Origin: Candidatus Limnocylindrales bacterium
GTDB lineage: Bacteria; Chloroflexota; Limnocylindria; Limnocylindrales; CSP1-4
DNA: 64,000 nt
NCBI GenBank assembly: GCA_035248345.1
Contig: DATFHO010000045.1
Span: 53,398 to 117,397, forward strand
Direction: 5' to 3'
In this document: one piece after another, positions 34,926-44,361 of the stretch
Position numbering within the stretch: position 1 is the first letter of the stretch
Layout: each line of letters opens with the position of its first letter
Notes under the pieces: generated by a model
The model's database searches: none
The model's input: only the letters and a program-made list of their open reading frames with translations
Told to the model about the DNA's origin: nothing
Position numbers and translations under genes: made by a program

Positions 34926-37006
34926 CTGGCGGCCGAGCCCTTCACGTAGCGGTCGAACCAGTCGAGCATCCGGTTCATGTGGTCGATGCGGCGGTCCGGC
35001 CGGCCCGAGGTGAAGTACACGTGGTACTCCTCGGGGTAGAGGACGAACTCGACCGTCCGCCCGAGCACGCGCAGCGCCGTGAACAGCTGGATGTTGTCGT
35101 GCATCGAGCAGCGCAGGTCCGCTTCGCCCTGGAGCATGAGGAGCGGCGTGCGCACGTTCGCCGCGTTCGACAGCGGGCTCTGCCGCCACAGCTTCGCCAC
35201 GCCGTCGGCATCGAGCGGGTTGCCGAGGAGCGAGGCCCGGTTGAACTCGACGCCGGCGTCGCCGTCGGCCCACGCCGAGACCTGGTTCGACACGCCGGCG
35301 ATCGACACGCCGGCCTTGAAGCGGTTCGTCGTGCCCATGAGCCAGTTGATCATGAACCCGCCGTACGACAGCCCAAGGGCCCCGAGCCGATCCGGGTCGG
35401 CGAGGCCGAGCTTGATCGCATGGTCGAGCGCGGCGTGGACGTCCTCCGCGTCGGGGCCGCCCCAGTTGCCCAGGTGCGGGCGGATCCAGTCCGGGCCGTA
35501 GCTGATCGAGCCGCGGATGTTCGGCAGCACCACGCGATAGCCGCGTGCGCAGAGCAGGGTCACCTCGATCGACGGCGCCGGCGCCCAGGCACCGAGCGGA
35601 CCGCCGTGGATGTCGACGATCGTCGGGAGCGGCGTGTCGGCCGCACCAGCCGGTGATGCGATCCAGGTGTGGATCGGGCCGCCCTCGCCGGGCGATTCGA
35701 GCTCGCGCATCTCCGGCCACGCGACCCGCTTCGACCACCCGCCGCCCATCGTGGTCCGGCGCCTGGCCGGCCGAGCTGCATCGAGGGGCACCGTCACCAG
35801 CTCCATCGGCCGGCTGCCCACGCACGCGACGGCGCTGACGCGCCGATCGGCGGGCACCCCGGGATTCGAGGTCGCCGCGAGGCTGTAGACGTCAATGTCG
35901 TCTGTGGTCAGCGGTTCGGGCGCGGCGGTCGATTTCCCGGTCGCCGGATCGATGCGATACCGCCACGGCTTCGCGCGCCCCCGATCGGTCACCGTCACGA
36001 CGATCGTTGCGTCGTCGATCCAGATCGGGGTCGAACGGGAGCTCGCCACCCAGCCGTGCATGTCGGTGTCGTTCCATGTCCCAACCGGGCGCTCGAGCGC
36101 CGGTGCGAGGGGCCACGCGGGCATGGACCCATCCGCGGGGGCGAGCACGAGCTCCGGCGTCGTGTCGTCGAGCTCACCGTTCGATCCGATCGCGACGATC
36201 CATCGGCCATTCGGCGAGAACGCGGGCTTGTCCGTCGGGCCGGGAAGCGAGACGACCTGGCGCGGCTCGCCATCGCTGCGCTCCGCATCGATCGTCCAGA
36301 CCGACGTGATCGGTTGCAGATCGGCGTTCGGGCGACGGTCCGCGGAGAACGCGATCGAACGCGCGTCGGGCGCCCACGCCGGCTTCGACGCGCCCCAATC
36401 ACCGCTCGTGAGCTGCCGCGGCTTCGCGCCACGCCGTGCTTCGACCACGTGGACGTGCGACCAACGGTCGATCGGCCCGGCCTCGTCCCATTGCCAATCG
36501 ATCCGCGTGATCCGCCGCGCGGTCGGTGCGTCCTCGCCCTTCGGCTCTGGTCCCACGAGGAACCGCGGCGGGTCGACGTCGATCGTCAGCGCCAGCCGCG
36601 AGCCATCCGGGGACCACTCGATGTCACCGACGCCGCGGTCCTTCTGGATCCGGAGCGGCCAGGCTCGGCCGGGGCGGCCGTCGCGACGGATCGGGAGCAC
36701 GAGGACCTGGGAATCCGGCGTCGGCTTGCCGCCACCCGGCGCGCCGTGGGAGCGCTTGAACACCACGGCCGAGCCGTCCGGCGCGATCCGCGGGCTCGTG
36801 TCGCGCACGTTGCCGTTCGTGAGCTGCACCGGACGACCCGCGCCGGCGAGTGGGCTCAGCCACAAATGGCTGCGGTATCGATCGCGAACGACGGATCGTC
36901 GGGCGACGATGGCGAACCGCCCGTCGGGCGAGTGGTCGTGCTCGTCGAGGACGACCTGTGCGCGGATGACGGTGGCGGGATCGGTCGGTCGGACAGGACG
37001 AGGCAT
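34922..37006 (-). CDS. S9-family serine peptidase (acylaminoacyl-peptidase / prolyl oligopeptidase-like) with N-terminal beta-propeller
   Basis: 694 aa. Propeller repeats such as SPDGSRLA and SPNGRWIV. Catalytic GLSYGGFM. An Asp/His region sits near the C-terminus (QGEADLRC...EEYHV). Confidence 0.85.
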   Translation of the reverse strand: MPRPVRPTDPATVIRAQVVLDEHDHSPDGRFAIVARRSVVRDRYRSHLWLSPLAGAGRPVQLTNGNVRDTSPRIAPDGSAVVFKRSHGAPGGGKPTPDSQVLVLPIRRDGRPGRAWPLRIQKDRGVGDIEWSPDGSRLALTIDVDPPRFLVGPEPKGEDAPTARRITRIDWQWDEAGPIDRWSHVHVVEARRGAKPRQLTSGDWGASKPAWAPDARSIAFSADRRPNADLQPITSVWTIDAERSDGEPRQVVSLPGPTDKPAFSPNGRWIVAIGSNGELDDTTPELVLAPADGSMPAWPLAPALERPVGTWNDTDMHGWVASSRSTPIWIDDATIVVTVTDRGRAKPWRYRIDPATGKSTAAPEPLTTDDIDVYSLAATSNPGVPADRRVSAVACVGSRPMELVTVPLDAARPARRRTTMGGGWSKRVAWPEMRELESPGEGGPIHTWIASPAGAADTPLPTIVDIHGGPLGAWAPAPSIEVTLLCARGYRVVLPNIRGSISYGPDWIRPHLGNWGGPDAEDVHAALDHAIKLGLADPDRLGALGLSYGGFMINWLMGTTNRFKAGVSIAGVSNQVSAWADGDAGVEFNRASLLGNPLDADGVAKLWRQSPLSNAANVRTPLLMLQGEADLRCSMHDNIQLFTALRVLGRTVEFVLYPEEYHVYFTSGRPDRRIDHMNRMLDWFDRYVKGSAAS

Positions 37007-37030
37007 ACCGGACAGCCTAACGATCGGGAC

Positions 37031-37059
37031 TTGCGCGATTGCGCGGCGCCACCTAGATT
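37031..37059 (+). promoter_or_regulatory. candidate promoter (and repeat operator) of the MarR-ABC exporter operon
   Basis: TTGCGC (37031-36), a 17-nt spacer, then TAGATT (37054-59). The -35 region is a tandem repeat TTGCGCG-A-TTGCGCG. The -10 ends only 3 nt before ATG 37063, with in-frame GTG at 37066 and TTG at 37072. This suggests a leaderless or near-leaderless transcript. Confidence 0.4.
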
Positions 37060-37062
37060 GTC

Positions 37063-37668
37063 ATGGTGACGTTGACTATCGATGCGGGACAGAGTGGTTC
37101 CGCGAAGCCAGGCAAGCGCTCGCTCGTCGATGAGGTCGTCGACGAGCTGACGTCGTGGGGCCCGAAGGATTTCATCGGCGCCTTCCAGCGCTGGCACGCC
37201 GGCGCGCTGAGCCTGATGCACCTGAACGTGCTGATCCTCCTCGAGAGCACCGGGCCGCTGCCGATGAACCGCCTCGCGGAGGCACTCGACATCTCAGTCG
37301 CCAGCGTGACCGGCGTCGTCGATCGCATGGAGGTTCGCGGCCTCGTTGCCCGCCGGCGCGACGACACGGACCGGCGCGTGATCCTCGTCGAGCCTGCGGA
37401 GGGCGGTCGGCAGCTCTTCGCCGAGATCGACGCAAGGCGCCGGAAAGCGCTCGGCAAGCTGCTGGCGAAGCTGTCGGACAAGGACCTCAAGGGCCTGCTC
37501 GGCGGGCACAAGGCGCTCCGGAAGGCTCGCGGGGAGTTCGCGAAGCGGCTGGCCGCGGAGGAGCTCGAACAGACCGTGTCGAAGGCGAAGGCAGCTCGGC
37601 TGGCGAAGATCGAACGCGTCCTCGGCCACGGGCGCGCTCGAGCCGCAACAGGGGAGCCCGCACAGTGA
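37063..37668 (+). CDS. MarR-family transcriptional regulator with long C-terminal coiled tail
   Basis: 201 aa. Winged-helix core LNVLILLESTGPLPMNRLAEALDISVASVTGVVDRMEVRGLVARRRDDTDRRV. Confidence 0.85.
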   Translation: MVTLTIDAGQSGSAKPGKRSLVDEVVDELTSWGPKDFIGAFQRWHAGALSLMHLNVLILLESTGPLPMNRLAEALDISVASVTGVVDRMEVRGLVARRRDDTDRRVILVEPAEGGRQLFAEIDARRRKALGKLLAKLSDKDLKGLLGGHKALRKARGEFAKRLAAEELEQTVSKAKAARLAKIERVLGHGRARAATGEPAQ

Positions 37669-39407
37669 TCCGCCTGCTGCGCACCTACCTCGCGCCGTAC
37701 CGCGGGCGGCTGATCGTGATCATGGGCCTGCTGCTCATCCAGGCGATCGGCAACCTGTACCTGCCCGACCTGAACGGCGAGATCATCAACAACGGCGTCG
37801 TGACGGGCGACATCGACTACATCTTCCGGACCGGCGGCCTGATGCTCCTGATCACGGCGTTCGTCGGCGCCGCGGCGATCGCCAGCGTCTACCTCAGCTC
37901 CGCGGTCGCGAACGGCTTCGCGCGCGACGTCCGGACCGCGGTCTTCTCGGCCGTCGAGACGTTCGGCCAGGTCGAGGTCAACCGGTTCGGACCGGCGTCG
38001 CTGATCACGCGCAACACGAACGACGTCCAGCAGGTCCAGCAGGTCGTGTTCATGGGCCTGACGATCATGGTGTCGGCCCCGATCCTCATCGTCGGCGGGG
38101 TCATCATGGCCCTCAAGACCGACGTGCCCCTCTCGGGCCTGCTGCTGATCGTCGTGCCGCTGATGGCCCTCGTCATCGGGCTGGTCATGTGGCGCGCCAT
38201 CCCGCTGTTCCGTGCGACCCAGGTGAAGATCGACCGGATCAACCAGGTCATGCGCGAGACCCTCTCGGGCGTCCGGGTCATCCGCGCGTTCGTCCGGGTC
38301 CGCCATGAGGAGGACCGGTTCCGCACGACGAGCGAGGACCTCTACGGCACCCAGCTTGCGGCGGGTCGCCTCTTCGCCCTCACGCAGCCGGTCATCTTCG
38401 GGATCTTCAACCTGTCGACGGTCGCGGCGCTGTGGTTCGGAGCCGTCCGCGTCCAGGACGGGGCGCTGTCGATCGGCAACCTGACCGCGTTCCTGCAGTA
38501 CCTCACCCAGATCCTGTTCGCGATGCTGACCGCGGTGTTCATGTTCATCCTCGTGCCGCGGGCGGCGGTGTCGTCCGAGCGGATCCGGGAGGTGCTCGGG
38601 ACCAAGCCGTCCATCCACGATCCCAAGGACCCGGTGACTCCGGACCCGAAGAGCCCGGATCGCGGCGTCGTCGAGTTCCGCAACGTCGAGTTCGGCTATC
38701 CGGGCGCGGACGAGCCGGTCCTCCACGACCTGTCGTTCCGCGCCGAGCCCGGCAAGACCACCGCGATCGTCGGCAGCACCGGCAGCGGCAAGTCGACGCT
38801 CATCAATCTCATCCCGCGCTTCTACGACGCAACGGGCGGCAGCGTCCTGCTCGACGGCGTCGACATCCGGGAGATGGACCGCGAGCTCGTCTGGTCGCGC
38901 ATCGGCGTGATCCCCCAGAAGGCGTTCCTCTTCGGCGGGACCGTGGCAAGCAACCTTCGGTTCGGCAAGGACGTCGCCACGGACGAGGAGCTGTGGCACG
39001 CGCTCGACATCGCGCAAGGCAAGGCCTTCGTGAGCGAGATGGATGGCGGGCTCGAGGCGGCGATCAGCCAGGGCGGCGCCAACGTGTCGGGTGGCCAACG
39101 CCAGCGGCTCGCGATCGCCCGGGCACTCGTGAAGGATGCCCAGGTCTACGTCTTCGACGACAGCTTCTCGGCACTCGACTTCGCGACGGACGCGCGACTG
39201 CGTGCCGCGCTGGAGCGGGAGCTCGGCGGCGCGACCGTGATCATCGTGGCGCAGCGCATCGGCACGATCCTCAACGCGGACCGGATCATCGTGCTCGACG
39301 CGGGGCGGATCGTCGGTCAGGGCACGCATCGGGAGCTCCTCGAGTCGAACGAGACGTACAGGGAGATCGTGTACTCGCAGCTGTCGGAGTCGGAGGCCGC
39401 GGCATGA
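37665..39407 (+). CDS. ABC exporter, fused permease/ATPase half-transporter (type I exporter, subunit A)
   Basis: GTG at 37665 overlaps the marR stop (GTGA). Six TM helices, then GSTGSGKST, VSGGQRQRLAIARAL and VYVFDDSFSALD. Confidence 0.9.
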   Translation: MIRLLRTYLAPYRGRLIVIMGLLLIQAIGNLYLPDLNGEIINNGVVTGDIDYIFRTGGLMLLITAFVGAAAIASVYLSSAVANGFARDVRTAVFSAVETFGQVEVNRFGPASLITRNTNDVQQVQQVVFMGLTIMVSAPILIVGGVIMALKTDVPLSGLLLIVVPLMALVIGLVMWRAIPLFRATQVKIDRINQVMRETLSGVRVIRAFVRVRHEEDRFRTTSEDLYGTQLAAGRLFALTQPVIFGIFNLSTVAALWFGAVRVQDGALSIGNLTAFLQYLTQILFAMLTAVFMFILVPRAAVSSERIREVLGTKPSIHDPKDPVTPDPKSPDRGVVEFRNVEFGYPGADEPVLHDLSFRAEPGKTTAIVGSTGSGKSTLINLIPRFYDATGGSVLLDGVDIREMDRELVWSRIGVIPQKAFLFGGTVASNLRFGKDVATDEELWHALDIAQGKAFVSEMDGGLEAAISQGGANVSGGQRQRLAIARALVKDAQVYVFDDSFSALDFATDARLRAALERELGGATVIIVAQRIGTILNADRIIVLDAGRIVGQGTHRELLESNETYREIVYSQLSESEAAA

Positions 39408-41473
39408 GCGGACCGATGGCAGCGCCTGGCGGCGCTCGACCGCCTGCGCCGAGCGGCCCCGGGGCACCCGTCTTCCGGCCCGGCGCGGGCGGGCCTCCTG
39501 GCGCCGGACCGAGCGGGCCGGGCGGTCCCGGTCGACCCGGTGGTCCGGGCGGTGGGCGCGGCCCGGGCATGATGGGCATGGGCCTGCCGCCCGCCAAGGC
39601 GAAGGACTTCGGCGCCTCGTTCCGGCGCCTGTTCGGCACGCTGCGCCCGGAGCGTCGGCTGATCCTCGGCGTCGTCGTGCTCGCGGTCATCAGCGTGTTC
39701 TTCAGCGTGATCGGCCCGAAGATCATGGGCAACGCGATCAACACGATCTTCGAGGGCGCGCTCGGCAAGCAGCTCAGCGATGCCGGCCTCACCCAGGATC
39801 AGGCGATCGCAGGCGCGCGCGCAGCCGGCAATACGCGGCTCGCCGACCTGCTGTCGGGGCTCCACCTCAACCCGGCAGGGATCGACTTCGGCGCGCTCGG
39901 CGGCGTGCTCGCCTTCCTGATCGGCGTCTACCTGCTGAGCTCGCTGTTCAGCTGGATCCAGGGCTGGATCATGGCCGGGGTCACGCAGCGGACGGTGCTC
40001 CGGCTTCGCCTCGAGGTCGACCAGAAGCTCGGACGGCTCCCGCTCAAGTACTTCGACAGCCATCCTCGTGGTGATCTGCTGAGCCGCGTCACGAACGACA
40101 TCGACAACATCGGCCAGTCGCTGCAGCAGAGCCTGACGCAGCTGATGACGTCGCTGTTCACGATCGTCGGCGTGCTGATCATGATGTTGCTGATCAGCCC
40201 GATCCTGGCCGTGATCTCGCTGCTCGCGGTGCCCGTGTCGCTGATCGTCACGGTGTTCATCGTCAAGCGATCGCAGCAGCAGTTCGTCGCGCAATGGGCG
40301 TCCACGGGCGCACTCAACGGCCACGTGGAGGAGATGCACACCGGGCACTCCATCGTGAAGGCGTTCGGGCGGCAGCGCGAGGCGATCGAGGTCTTCGACC
40401 GCGAGAACGAGAAGCTTTACGACGCCAGCCGCAAGGCGCAGTTCATCTCCGGGATCATCCAGCCGGCGATGACGTTCATCTCGAATCTCGCCTACGTGGC
40501 GATCGCGGTGATCGGCGGCCTGCGCGTCGCATCTGGCCAGATGACCCTCGGCGACGTGTCCGCGTTCATCCAGTACTCGCGCCAGTTCACATTCCCGATC
40601 ATCCAGGTCGCGAGCATCGTGAACGTGCTCCAGTCGGCCGTCGCTTCTGCGGAGCGCGTGTTCGAGCTCCTCGACGAGCCCGAGGAGTCGGCCGACCCGG
40701 TGCCCGCAACGCCCCTGCACGAGCCCAGCGGCGCCGTCGCGCTCGAGGACGTCTCATTCCGCTACCTGCCGGACCAGCCGCTGATCGACGACCTGTCGCT
40801 CGAGGTGCCGGCGGGCGCGACGATCGCGATCGTCGGGCCGACGGGCGCCGGCAAGACGACCCTGGTGAACCTGCTGATGCGGTTCTACGAGATCGATGGC
40901 GGGCGGATCACGATCGACGGCATCGACACGCGGCAGATGACCCGCGACGACCTGCGCGAGGCATTCGGGATGGTTCTCCAGGACACGTGGCTGTTCCACG
41001 GCACGATCCGCGAGAACATCGCGTACGGCCGGCTCGGCGCCACCGACGAGGAGCTGCACGCCGCAGCGGAAGCCGCGCACGTCGACCACTTCGTGCGCAC
41101 GCTGCCCGACGGCTACGACACGGTCATCGACGACGATGCGACGAACGTCTCCGCGGGCGAGAAGCAGCTCCTGACCATCGCCCGCGCGTTCCTCGCCGAC
41201 CCGGCGATCCTCATCCTCGACGAAGCGACCTCCTCGGTCGACACCCGGACCGAGGTCCTCATCCAGCGGGCGATGGCGCAGCTCATGAAGAACCGCACCT
41301 CGTTCGTGATCGCGCATCGGCTGTCGACGATCCGCGACGCCGACACGATCCTCGTGATGAACAAGGGCTCGATCGTCGAGCAGGGGACCCACGAGCAGCT
41401 GCTCGCGAAGGGCGGCTTCTATGCCGAGCTCTACAACGCCCAGTTCACCGAGGCGCTCGCCGAGGTCGCGTAG
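39404..41473 (+). CDS. ABC exporter, fused permease/ATPase half-transporter (subunit B) with Gly/Pro-rich N-terminal extension
   Basis: ATG at 39404 overlaps the previous stop (ATGA). The N-terminal extension of about 55 aa is PGGARPPAPSGPGAPVFRPGAGGPPGAGPSGPGGPGRPGGPGGGRGPGMMGMG. A TM domain follows, then GPTGAGKTT, VSAGEKQLLTIARAF and ILILDEATSSVD. Confidence 0.9.
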   Translation: MSGPMAAPGGARPPAPSGPGAPVFRPGAGGPPGAGPSGPGGPGRPGGPGGGRGPGMMGMGLPPAKAKDFGASFRRLFGTLRPERRLILGVVVLAVISVFFSVIGPKIMGNAINTIFEGALGKQLSDAGLTQDQAIAGARAAGNTRLADLLSGLHLNPAGIDFGALGGVLAFLIGVYLLSSLFSWIQGWIMAGVTQRTVLRLRLEVDQKLGRLPLKYFDSHPRGDLLSRVTNDIDNIGQSLQQSLTQLMTSLFTIVGVLIMMLLISPILAVISLLAVPVSLIVTVFIVKRSQQQFVAQWASTGALNGHVEEMHTGHSIVKAFGRQREAIEVFDRENEKLYDASRKAQFISGIIQPAMTFISNLAYVAIAVIGGLRVASGQMTLGDVSAFIQYSRQFTFPIIQVASIVNVLQSAVASAERVFELLDEPEESADPVPATPLHEPSGAVALEDVSFRYLPDQPLIDDLSLEVPAGATIAIVGPTGAGKTTLVNLLMRFYEIDGGRITIDGIDTRQMTRDDLREAFGMVLQDTWLFHGTIRENIAYGRLGATDEELHAAAEAAHVDHFVRTLPDGYDTVIDDDATNVSAGEKQLLTIARAFLADPAILILDEATSSVDTRTEVLIQRAMAQLMKNRTSFVIAHRLSTIRDADTILVMNKGSIVEQGTHEQLLAKGGFYAELYNAQFTEALAEVA

Positions 41474-41495
41474 CGCGGCCGCTTAGACTCCGCGA

Positions 41496-42854
41496 ATGCG
41501 TCCGATGGCAGGTCGGAGCGCCGGCCTCGGACCCGCGATGGTCGGTGCGGGTGTGCTGCTGGCGATCGTCGCGATCGTTGCGGCAACACAGCTCGGGCCA
41601 CGCGCGGAGCCGACGACGGCAGGCGTCGGGTCAGCCGAGGTGCCGATCACGCCGAGGGCGGCCGCGAGCCCGAGCGCCACCGCAAGCCCGGCGGCGCCAG
41701 GGGGCACGGCCGCGAGCTCCTCGACCGCCCCGACCCTGCCCGCGGCGGGCTCCGGCAACCTGCCGTTCCCCGGCTCCCCCGAGCTCGTGCTCTTCCAGCG
41801 CGATGGCGACGACCTCAACGTGCTCGGCTGGCGGACCGGTGAGACGCAGCTCCGCGTGCGGCAGGTCATCGCCGGCGCGCTGCGCGGGATCACTGAACAG
41901 CAGGGCTACGCCGTGCTCCTGTCGCCGGACGGATCGCTCGTGATGATCGAGGCGCCACCCACGACGCTCGGTGCGCCGATCACGCTGCGAGTCTTCCGGC
42001 TCGACTCGTCGACCGGATCCCTGGCGTGGGAATCGACCGACTTCCCATCAGAATTGTCGGCATCATTCGTGGGACCCGAGCAGGTGCTGGTGGGGACCAC
42101 GGGGCTCTTTCTGCAGGCACCGAGCCCGTGGACGGTTGTCGATCTCGCCGGAGCCGACCCCGTTATCCGGGAGGTCGCGGTGCCGGAGCCTCCGCGCCCG
42201 TCGCCAGGAGCGTCTCCCGGAGCCACCGTCGACATCACGAAGGTGATCTTCAACTACGGCCCCGTGGGCATGTCGCAGGACGGACGTTTCCTGTACGCCG
42301 GGGAGCTGCGTCTCGTGCCGCCGATCCTCCGGCCCGCGTTTCGGATCGAGATCGCGACCGGCAAGGCCACGCCCATCGACGCCTTTCCGTTCGAAGGACC
42401 GTCCGCCGTCATGTCGTCGAGCATCGACCCCGTTTCGGGACGCCTCGTGCTTGCCGGGCCGCGGATGACGCCCGGCGAGGGGACGATCCAGATGTGGTCG
42501 CCCGGCGCGAAGGAGCCGGATTTCGAAACCAAGCTGCACGTCGTGCTTGGCGCGTTCTGGCTCGACGACGGCAGCGTCCTCACGGCGGACTACGACAAGC
42601 TGCCAGGGCCGTTCACGTTCTCGATCGACACGATCTCGAGCACGGGCGGCTCGGTGACGACAATCTTCACCGCCAAGGGCACGAACGCCGCCATCCTTGG
42701 TGCTCGTGATGGTTTCGTGGCCGCGTACGCGACGTCGCGCGGCTCGAGCAAGCGAACGCTCGTGGTCATTCGCCTCGATGACGGCGCAATATCGACCCTG
42801 GACGTTGCGGAGCCGCCCGGCCTCCTGTCGACCTACGGCGGCATCCGACCCTGA
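41496..42854 (+). CDS. membrane-anchored hypothetical protein (signal anchor, Ala/Pro/Ser linker, beta-rich domain)
   Basis: 452 aa. Anchor is AMVGAGVLLAIVAIVAATQL. The remainder is rich in beta-strand-like repeats (SPDGSLV, SQDGRFLY). I recognise no catalytic motif. Confidence 0.5.
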   Translation: MRPMAGRSAGLGPAMVGAGVLLAIVAIVAATQLGPRAEPTTAGVGSAEVPITPRAAASPSATASPAAPGGTAASSSTAPTLPAAGSGNLPFPGSPELVLFQRDGDDLNVLGWRTGETQLRVRQVIAGALRGITEQQGYAVLLSPDGSLVMIEAPPTTLGAPITLRVFRLDSSTGSLAWESTDFPSELSASFVGPEQVLVGTTGLFLQAPSPWTVVDLAGADPVIREVAVPEPPRPSPGASPGATVDITKVIFNYGPVGMSQDGRFLYAGELRLVPPILRPAFRIEIATGKATPIDAFPFEGPSAVMSSSIDPVSGRLVLAGPRMTPGEGTIQMWSPGAKEPDFETKLHVVLGAFWLDDGSVLTADYDKLPGPFTFSIDTISSTGGSVTTIFTAKGTNAAILGARDGFVAAYATSRGSSKRTLVVIRLDDGAISTLDVAEPPGLLSTYGGIRP

Positions 42855-42862
42855 GGCCCGCG

Positions 42863-43261
42863 CTACGCGGCGCTGACCTGCTGCGCCATCTGGATGAGGT
42901 TGCCGCAGGTGTCGTCGAAGACGGCGGTGATCACCGGCCCCATCTGGGTTGGCGGCTGCGTGAAGACGACGCCGAGGGCGGCGAGGCGCTCGTATTCCGC
43001 GTGGCAGTCCTCGATGCCGAACGACGTATACGGGACGCCATCCTCGACGAGGGCCTCCTTGAACGGCTTCGCGGCGGGGTGCCCGTCGGGCTCGAGCAGC
43101 AGCTCCACGCCGTCCGGTGCATCGGGGGAGACGACGGTCAGCCACCGCGCGCCGCCGCCGAGATCCATGTCCGTCTTCGTGATGAAGCCGAGGACGTCGG
43201 TGTAGAAGCGGTGTGCCTTCGCCTGGTCGTCGACGAGCACGCTCGTGACCACGATCTTCAT
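42863..43261 (-). CDS. VOC/glyoxalase-family protein
   Basis: Internal ATG at 43261 overlaps the arsR stop (ATGA). MKIVVTSVLVDDQAKAHRFYTDVLGF...GVELLLEP...YTSFGIEDCHAEYERLAALGVVF is the typical paired beta-alpha-beta-beta-beta fold pattern. Confidence 0.75.
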   Translation of the reverse strand: MKIVVTSVLVDDQAKAHRFYTDVLGFITKTDMDLGGGARWLTVVSPDAPDGVELLLEPDGHPAAKPFKEALVEDGVPYTSFGIEDCHAEYERLAALGVVFTQPPTQMGPVITAVFDDTCGNLIQMAQQVSAA

Positions 43262-43578
43262 CTGTCGGTCTCCTTGGGTTCGGTCGTATCGGTCCGGTTC
43301 GGGAGCGGCCAGCGATCCGCGATCTCGCGGAGCGGAACCGTGTCGAGGCGGTGGAACTTGTAGCGACCCACGCGGCGCGTCCGGACGAGGCCGGCGTCCT
43401 CGAGGACGTCGAGGTGCTGCGAGATCGCCTGGCGGGTCGAGCTGGAGCCGTGGTTGGTGATCAGTCGAACGCACAGCTCGAACAGTGTCTGCCCGTCCCG
43501 ATCCCGGAGCTCATCGAGGATGGCCCGGCGCGTCGGGTCGGACAGGGCCTTGAAGACATCGCCCACTGCCTGGAGCAT
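43258..43578 (-). CDS. ArsR/SmtB-family transcriptional regulator
   Basis: I prefer the ATG at 43578 (the track uses TTG at 43584). FKALSDPTRRAILDELRDRDGQTLFELCVRL...RQAISQHLDVLEDAGLV is the ArsR winged-helix signature. Confidence 0.85.
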   Translation of the reverse strand: MLQAVGDVFKALSDPTRRAILDELRDRDGQTLFELCVRLITNHGSSSTRQAISQHLDVLEDAGLVRTRRVGRYKFHRLDTVPLREIADRWPLPNRTDTTEPKETDR

Positions 43579-43598
43579 ATGCAAGTCGCGCCTTGCAT
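43579..43598. promoter_or_regulatory. candidate ArsR operator palindrome
   Basis: ATGCAAG-TCGCGC-CTTGCAT, a perfect 7-bp inverted repeat with a 6-bp spacer. It directly abuts the arsR ATG. Confidence 0.4.
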
Positions 43599-43611
43599 GT
43601 CAACCGGCGGA

Positions 43612-44346
43612 TCAGGACTCCAGGCGATAACCGACGCCGCGGACGGCGAGGATCTTCGGGCCGCCCGCGGATTCAACCTTGCGGCGGAGGCGGGCGACGT
43701 GCGGCTTGAGCCAGAGCAGGTCGGGATCGGCCTCGGATGGCCAGCCCGCGCGGACGAGGCGGAGGTGCGGCACGAGGTCGCCGCCGGCGCGGACGAGCGC
43801 TTCGGCAAGGCGATATTCGATCGGCGTCAGGTCGAGGCGTTGCTCCCCGACGTGCGCTTCGTGTCGACCTGGATCGAGGGTGAGGGAGCCGGCGCGAAGT
43901 GACCCGTCGGCAGCGGCATCGCCGTCGGACGAGGGGCCGCCGACCGGCCCGCGATCCGCGCGCCGCATGACCGCGGCGATCCGCGCCAGCAGCTCCGCGC
44001 GCCCGAACGGCTTGACGAGGTAGTCGTCCGCGCCGATCCCGAGCGCGCGGACCTTCGCTTCCTCGGAGCTCTCGCCGGAGACGACGACGATCGGGGCGTC
44101 GCCCTCCGCGCGGATCCGGCCTGCGACGGTAAACCCATCAGGACCCGGCATCGCGAGGTCCAGGAGGACGATGTCCGGCCGCTCCTCGCGATAGCGCCGG
44201 ACCGCCGTGAGCCCGTCGTAGGCGGTGATGACCTGGTGCCCCTCGGTGCCGACGAGCGCCGTGATCGCGCCGACCATCGCCGGGTCGTCATCGACGACGA
44301 GGATCCGCAACGGTCGCGGCGGGCGGGGGATCGGGATGCGGTCCAT
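43612..44346 (-). CDS. OmpR-family response regulator
   Basis: 244 aa. Receiver domain: ILVVDDD, DIVLLDLAMPG and DDYLVKPF. Winged-helix output: LTPIEYRLAEAL...VRGVGYRLES. Confidence 0.9.
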   Translation of the reverse strand: MDRIPIPRPPRPLRILVVDDDPAMVGAITALVGTEGHQVITAYDGLTAVRRYREERPDIVLLDLAMPGPDGFTVAGRIRAEGDAPIVVVSGESSEEAKVRALGIGADDYLVKPFGRAELLARIAAVMRRADRGPVGGPSSDGDAAADGSLRAGSLTLDPGRHEAHVGEQRLDLTPIEYRLAEALVRAGGDLVPHLRLVRAGWPSEADPDLLWLKPHVARLRRKVESAGGPKILAVRGVGYRLES

Positions 44347-44361
44347 GGCGCGGGAACGCTA

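Noticed and set aside
37053-39467. 804-aa minus-strand ORF opposite marR and the first ABC exporter gene
   Set aside because: It is a shadow ORF. The sense strand encodes Walker/signature motifs and six TM helices.
39420-39590. GGC/CCG-rich reiterated DNA, possibly a tandem repeat or array
   Set aside because: There are no exact repeat units or spacers. It is the coding sequence of the Gly/Pro-rich N-terminal tail of the ABC exporter.
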